This document shows, in pieces, positions 61,052-64,000 of a stretch of 64,000 bases of DNA (the first letter of the stretch is position 1; the number at the start of each line of letters is the position of its first letter). The notes beneath the pieces were generated by a model that saw only the letters and a program-made list of their open reading frames with translations, searched no databases and had not been told where the DNA came from. The stretch lies in NCBI GenBank assembly GCA_963666565.1, contig OY762911.1, positions 3,328,001 to 3,392,000 on the forward strand, in the 5' to 3' direction. The position numbers were made by a program, and so were the translations under genes. This DNA is from Thermoanaerobaculia bacterium. Its GTDB lineage: Bacteria; Acidobacteriota; Thermoanaerobaculia; Multivoradales; Multivoraceae.

Positions 61052-63481
61052 ATGGCGAAAATCCGGTTGCAGGATCTGGCCAAGCGGATGAACGTGGCCG
61101 AGCAGGACTTGCTGTTCAAGTTCCGTTCGATCGGCGTGCGCGTCGAGGGCGACGACCCGATGATCGACACGGAGATCATCAAGGCCCTGCTCGAGGGCAA
61201 GAAGATCGCCGGGCCGCAGCGCGAGGTCATTCTCCGCGATCGCGCCGCGCCGCCGCCCACGCCCCGGCGGCGGCCGATCTCGAGCCTCCGGCCGCCCGTC
61301 GGGCCGATGCGGCCGAACCGCCGCCGCTCGATCGTCCACAAGCAGACGATCCGCACCCTGACGCCGACGGAGACCAAGCCGAAGCCGCCCACGCCCGAGG
61401 AGATCGCCGCAAAGGAGATCGCCGCCGAGGAAGCTGCAGCGGCCGCGAAGGCGCCCGCACCGGCCCCCGAGGCGCCAGCGACGGCGCCGCCCGCGGCCGC
61501 TCCCGCTCCCGCGACGACGGGGACCGCACCCGCCGCGCCGGACGCGGACACGGCGCAGCCGGCCGCGGAGGCCGCCCCGGCGGTCGAGGCGCCCGCCGCG
61601 TCGGCGACCGCGCCCGCCGCGCCCCGGGTCGACCTGCGGACGCGGCGGGAACGCCAGCAGGAACGGCAGCAGGCCGGCGAGGACGCCGCCGAAGACGCCG
61701 GCCGGCGGGGCACGGTGACGATCTCCGAGGGACTGCAGGTCCGCGACCTGGCCGAGAAGATGGGCGTCAAGTCGAAAGACGTGCTGAAGATGCTGTTCGA
61801 GCGCGGCACGATGGCGACCGTGAACCACCTCGTCGAACCCGAGCTGGCGGTCGAGCTGGCGGAAGGGATGGGCTTCGAGGCTCTCGTCGTCTCGTTCGAG
61901 GAGGAGATCCAGCTCGAACAGGAGGAGGAACTGGAGGCCGCCCGCGAGGACGCCGACGGGCCCGCCCGGGTGGAGCGTCCTCCGATCGTCACGATCATGG
62001 GCCACGTCGACCATGGCAAGACCTCCCTGCTCGACGCGATCCGCAAGTCCCGGCTCACCGAGGGCGAGTTCGGCGGCATCACCCAGCACATCGCCGCCTA
62101 CCAGGTCGAGCACGACGGCGGCCGCATCAGTTTCCTGGACACGCCGGGCCACGAGGCGTTCACCCAGCTCCGGGCGCGCGGAGCGCAGGTCACGGACATC
62201 GTCATCCTGGTCGTCGCCGCCGACGACGGCGTCATGCCGCAGACCCTCGAGGCGCTCGACCACGCCCGCGCCGCGTCCGTGCCGATCCTGGTCGCGATCA
62301 ACAAGATCGACCGGCCGAACGCCAACGTGGACCGGGTCAAGCAGCAGTTGGCCGAGCGCGACCTGGTCACGGAGGACTGGGGCGGCGACGTGATCGCCGT
62401 GCCCGTCTCGGCGATCGAGGGCGACGGCATCGAGGATCTGCTGGAGATGATCAACCTCACCGCGGAGGTCGCCGAGCTGCGCGCCAGTCCCGAACTCCAG
62501 GGCCAGGGCGTCGTGATCGAGGCGAGCAAGGAGACCGGCCGAGGCTCTGTCGCCACGGTCCTGGTCCAGGACGGAACGCTGCGCGTCGGCGACGTCTTCG
62601 TCTGCGGCTCCACGTGGGGCCGGGTCCGGTCGCTGATGAACGACCTGGGCAAGCGGGTGACGGAAGCGCCGCCCTCCGCGCCGGTCGAGGTGTCGGGTTT
62701 CAACGAGCTGCCGGAAGCCGGCGATCCGTTCCAGGCGACCCCCCAGGAGGCGCGCGCGCGCTCCATCGCCGAGTTCCGCAGGGAGGAGAAGCGCCGCATG
62801 GAGCTCGCTCCCACCACAGGCGGCGTCTCGCTGGAGGGCCTGTTCGCGAGCCTGAAGGTGGGCGAGGTCAAGGAGCTGCCCGTCATCCTCAAGGCGGACG
62901 TGCAGGGCTCGGTCGAGGTCCTGCGCGACACCCTCCTGAAGCTCTCCACCGACAAGGTCAAGGTCAACGTCATCCGCTCCGCGGTCGGCGCCGTGACCAC
63001 CCACGACGTCCTGCTGGCCTCCGCCGCCGGGGCGATCATCTACGGCTTCAACGTCCGGCCGGAACGCAGCGCCAGCGATCTCGCCGGCAAGGAAGACGTC
63101 GACGTGCGGCTGCACACCGTCATCTACGAACTGACGGACGAGCTGATCGCGGCGATGACCGGGCTGCTCGAGCCGACCTACCGCGAGGTGTCCCGCGGCC
63201 GCGCCGAGGTGCGCGAGGTGTTCAAGGTGCCGAAGGTCGGCATGGTCGCCGGCTGCCACGTGATCGCCGGCGTCATCGCCCGCAACTCGGAGATCCGTCT
63301 CGTGCGGGACAGCGTCGTCGTCCACGAGGGCCGCATCGGCTCGCTGCGCCGCTTCAAGGACGACACGGCGGAGGTGCGGAGCGGCTTCGACTGCGGCATC
63401 GGCATCGACCGCTACCAGGACGTGAAGCCGGGCGACGTGATCGAGGCCTTCGACCACGAGGCCGTCGCGCCGACCCTCTAG
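61052..63481 (+). CDS. infB: Translation initiation factor IF-2
   Basis: [20 protein letters not shown] and SLRRFKDD motifs. Confidence 0.98.
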   Translation: MAKIRLQDLAKRMNVAEQDLLFKFRSIGVRVEGDDPMIDTEIIKALLEGKKIAGPQREVILRDRAAPPPTPRRRPISSLRPPVGPMRPNRRRSIVHKQTIRTLTPTETKPKPPTPEEIAAKEIAAEEAAAAAKAPAPAPEAPATAPPAAAPAPATTGTAPAAPDADTAQPAAEAAPAVEAPAASATAPAAPRVDLRTRRERQQERQQAGEDAAEDAGRRGTVTISEGLQVRDLAEKMGVKSKDVLKMLFERGTMATVNHLVEPELAVELAEGMGFEALVVSFEEEIQLEQEEELEAAREDADGPARVERPPIVTIMGHVDHGKTSLLDAIRKSRLTEGEFGGITQHIAAYQVEHDGGRISFLDTPGHEAFTQLRARGAQVTDIVILVVAADDGVMPQTLEALDHARAASVPILVAINKIDRPNANVDRVKQQLAERDLVTEDWGGDVIAVPVSAIEGDGIEDLLEMINLTAEVAELRASPELQGQGVVIEASKETGRGSVATVLVQDGTLRVGDVFVCGSTWGRVRSLMNDLGKRVTEAPPSAPVEVSGFNELPEAGDPFQATPQEARARSIAEFRREEKRRMELAPTTGGVSLEGLFASLKVGEVKELPVILKADVQGSVEVLRDTLLKLSTDKVKVNVIRSAVGAVTTHDVLLASAAGAIIYGFNVRPERSASDLAGKEDVDVRLHTVIYELTDELIAAMTGLLEPTYREVSRGRAEVREVFKVPKVGMVAGCHVIAGVIARNSEIRLVRDSVVVHEGRIGSLRRFKDDTAEVRSGFDCGIGIDRYQDVKPGDVIEAFDHEAVAPTL

Positions 63482-63497
63482 CCGGGCCCGTGGCAGC

Positions 63498-63833
63498 GTG
63501 ACGTCCGTATCCCAGGCTCGCGCGCGCGACCTGCTGCACCGGGAGTTGACCGACATCCTCCGGCGCGAGGTCCACGACCCCCGGGCCGCCCTCGCCAGCA
63601 TCGCCGACCTCAGCCTGAGCGCCGACCGCGCGCGGGCCCACGTCCGGCTCTCCGTGCTCGGCGACGAGCCGGAACGCGAGAAGGCGATCCGGGCGGTCCG
63701 TCGCGCGGCCGGCTTCATCCGGCGGCGTCTCGGCCGCCGCCTGCGCCTCCGGCGAACCCCGGAACTCCGCTTCGAGCTCTACCGCGGCGCCGAACACGCC
63801 GAGCGGATCGACCGGCTACTGGGCGACCTGTGA
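63498..63833 (+). CDS. rbfA: Ribosome-binding factor A
   Basis: DPR...LSAD...LRLRRTPELRF; follows infB. Confidence 0.92.
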   Translation: MTSVSQARARDLLHRELTDILRREVHDPRAALASIADLSLSADRARAHVRLSVLGDEPEREKAIRAVRRAAGFIRRRLGRRLRLRRTPELRFELYRGAEHAERIDRLLGDL

Positions 63834-64000
63834 CCTCTCCCGGCGACAGCGACGGCGCCGTCCCCCACGACCTGCTGGAGGCGTTCCGCTCCGGCGGGCG
63901 CTTCCTCCTCTCGAGCCACCAGCATCCCGACGGCGACGCGATCGGCTCGGAGGTGGCGCTCGCCCGGCTCCTGCGCGGGCTTGGCAGCTCCGCCGCCATC
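63830..64000 (+). CDS. DHH family phosphoesterase (NrnA-like), 5' part
   Basis: From GTG 63830: ...LSSHQHPDGDAIGSEVAL; runs off the window. Confidence 0.85.
   Translation, partial: MTSPGDSDGAVPHDLLEAFRSGGRFLLSSHQHPDGDAIGSEVALARLLRGLGSSAAI

Noticed and set aside
61380-61630. Ala/Pro-rich stretch in infB
   Set aside because: Normal variable N-terminal region of IF-2.

Overview
High-GC bacterial chromosome segment, probably from a marine Acidobacteriota (Thermoanaerobaculia/Holophagales-like) organism; this assignment is inferred from gene content, not searched. Left to right: (1) the end of an aryl-polyene/xanthomonadin-like cluster (flavin-dependent halogenase running off the window, KS plus chain-length factor, membrane protein, GT2, thioesterase); (2) mutL-recO-mgtE; (3) metabolic genes and a VapBC toxin-antitoxin pair; (4) a coenzyme F420 operon (npdG-cofE-cofD-cofC-fbiC) with two LLM oxidoreductases nearby and a detached XanB2/FkbO-like chorismatase; (5) a TAXI-TRAP transporter, M16 peptidase, nfuA and a Uma2 nuclease; (6) a complete Na+-NQR locus (nqrA-F, apbE, nqrM), interrupted by palindromic elements and a DUF4258 toxin module; (7) an M9 collagenase-like protein with an uncharacterised C-terminal domain, birA, valS, a sigma-54 regulator and degP; (8) rimP-nusA-infB-rbfA-DHH. 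Non-coding highlights are a dispersed REP-like repeat family that also sits inside coding sequences, two MITE-like palindromes, a duplication-bounded mini-ORF inside the nqr operon, recurrent candidate leaderless promoters and the rimP leader. No rRNA, tRNA or CRISPR array was seen.
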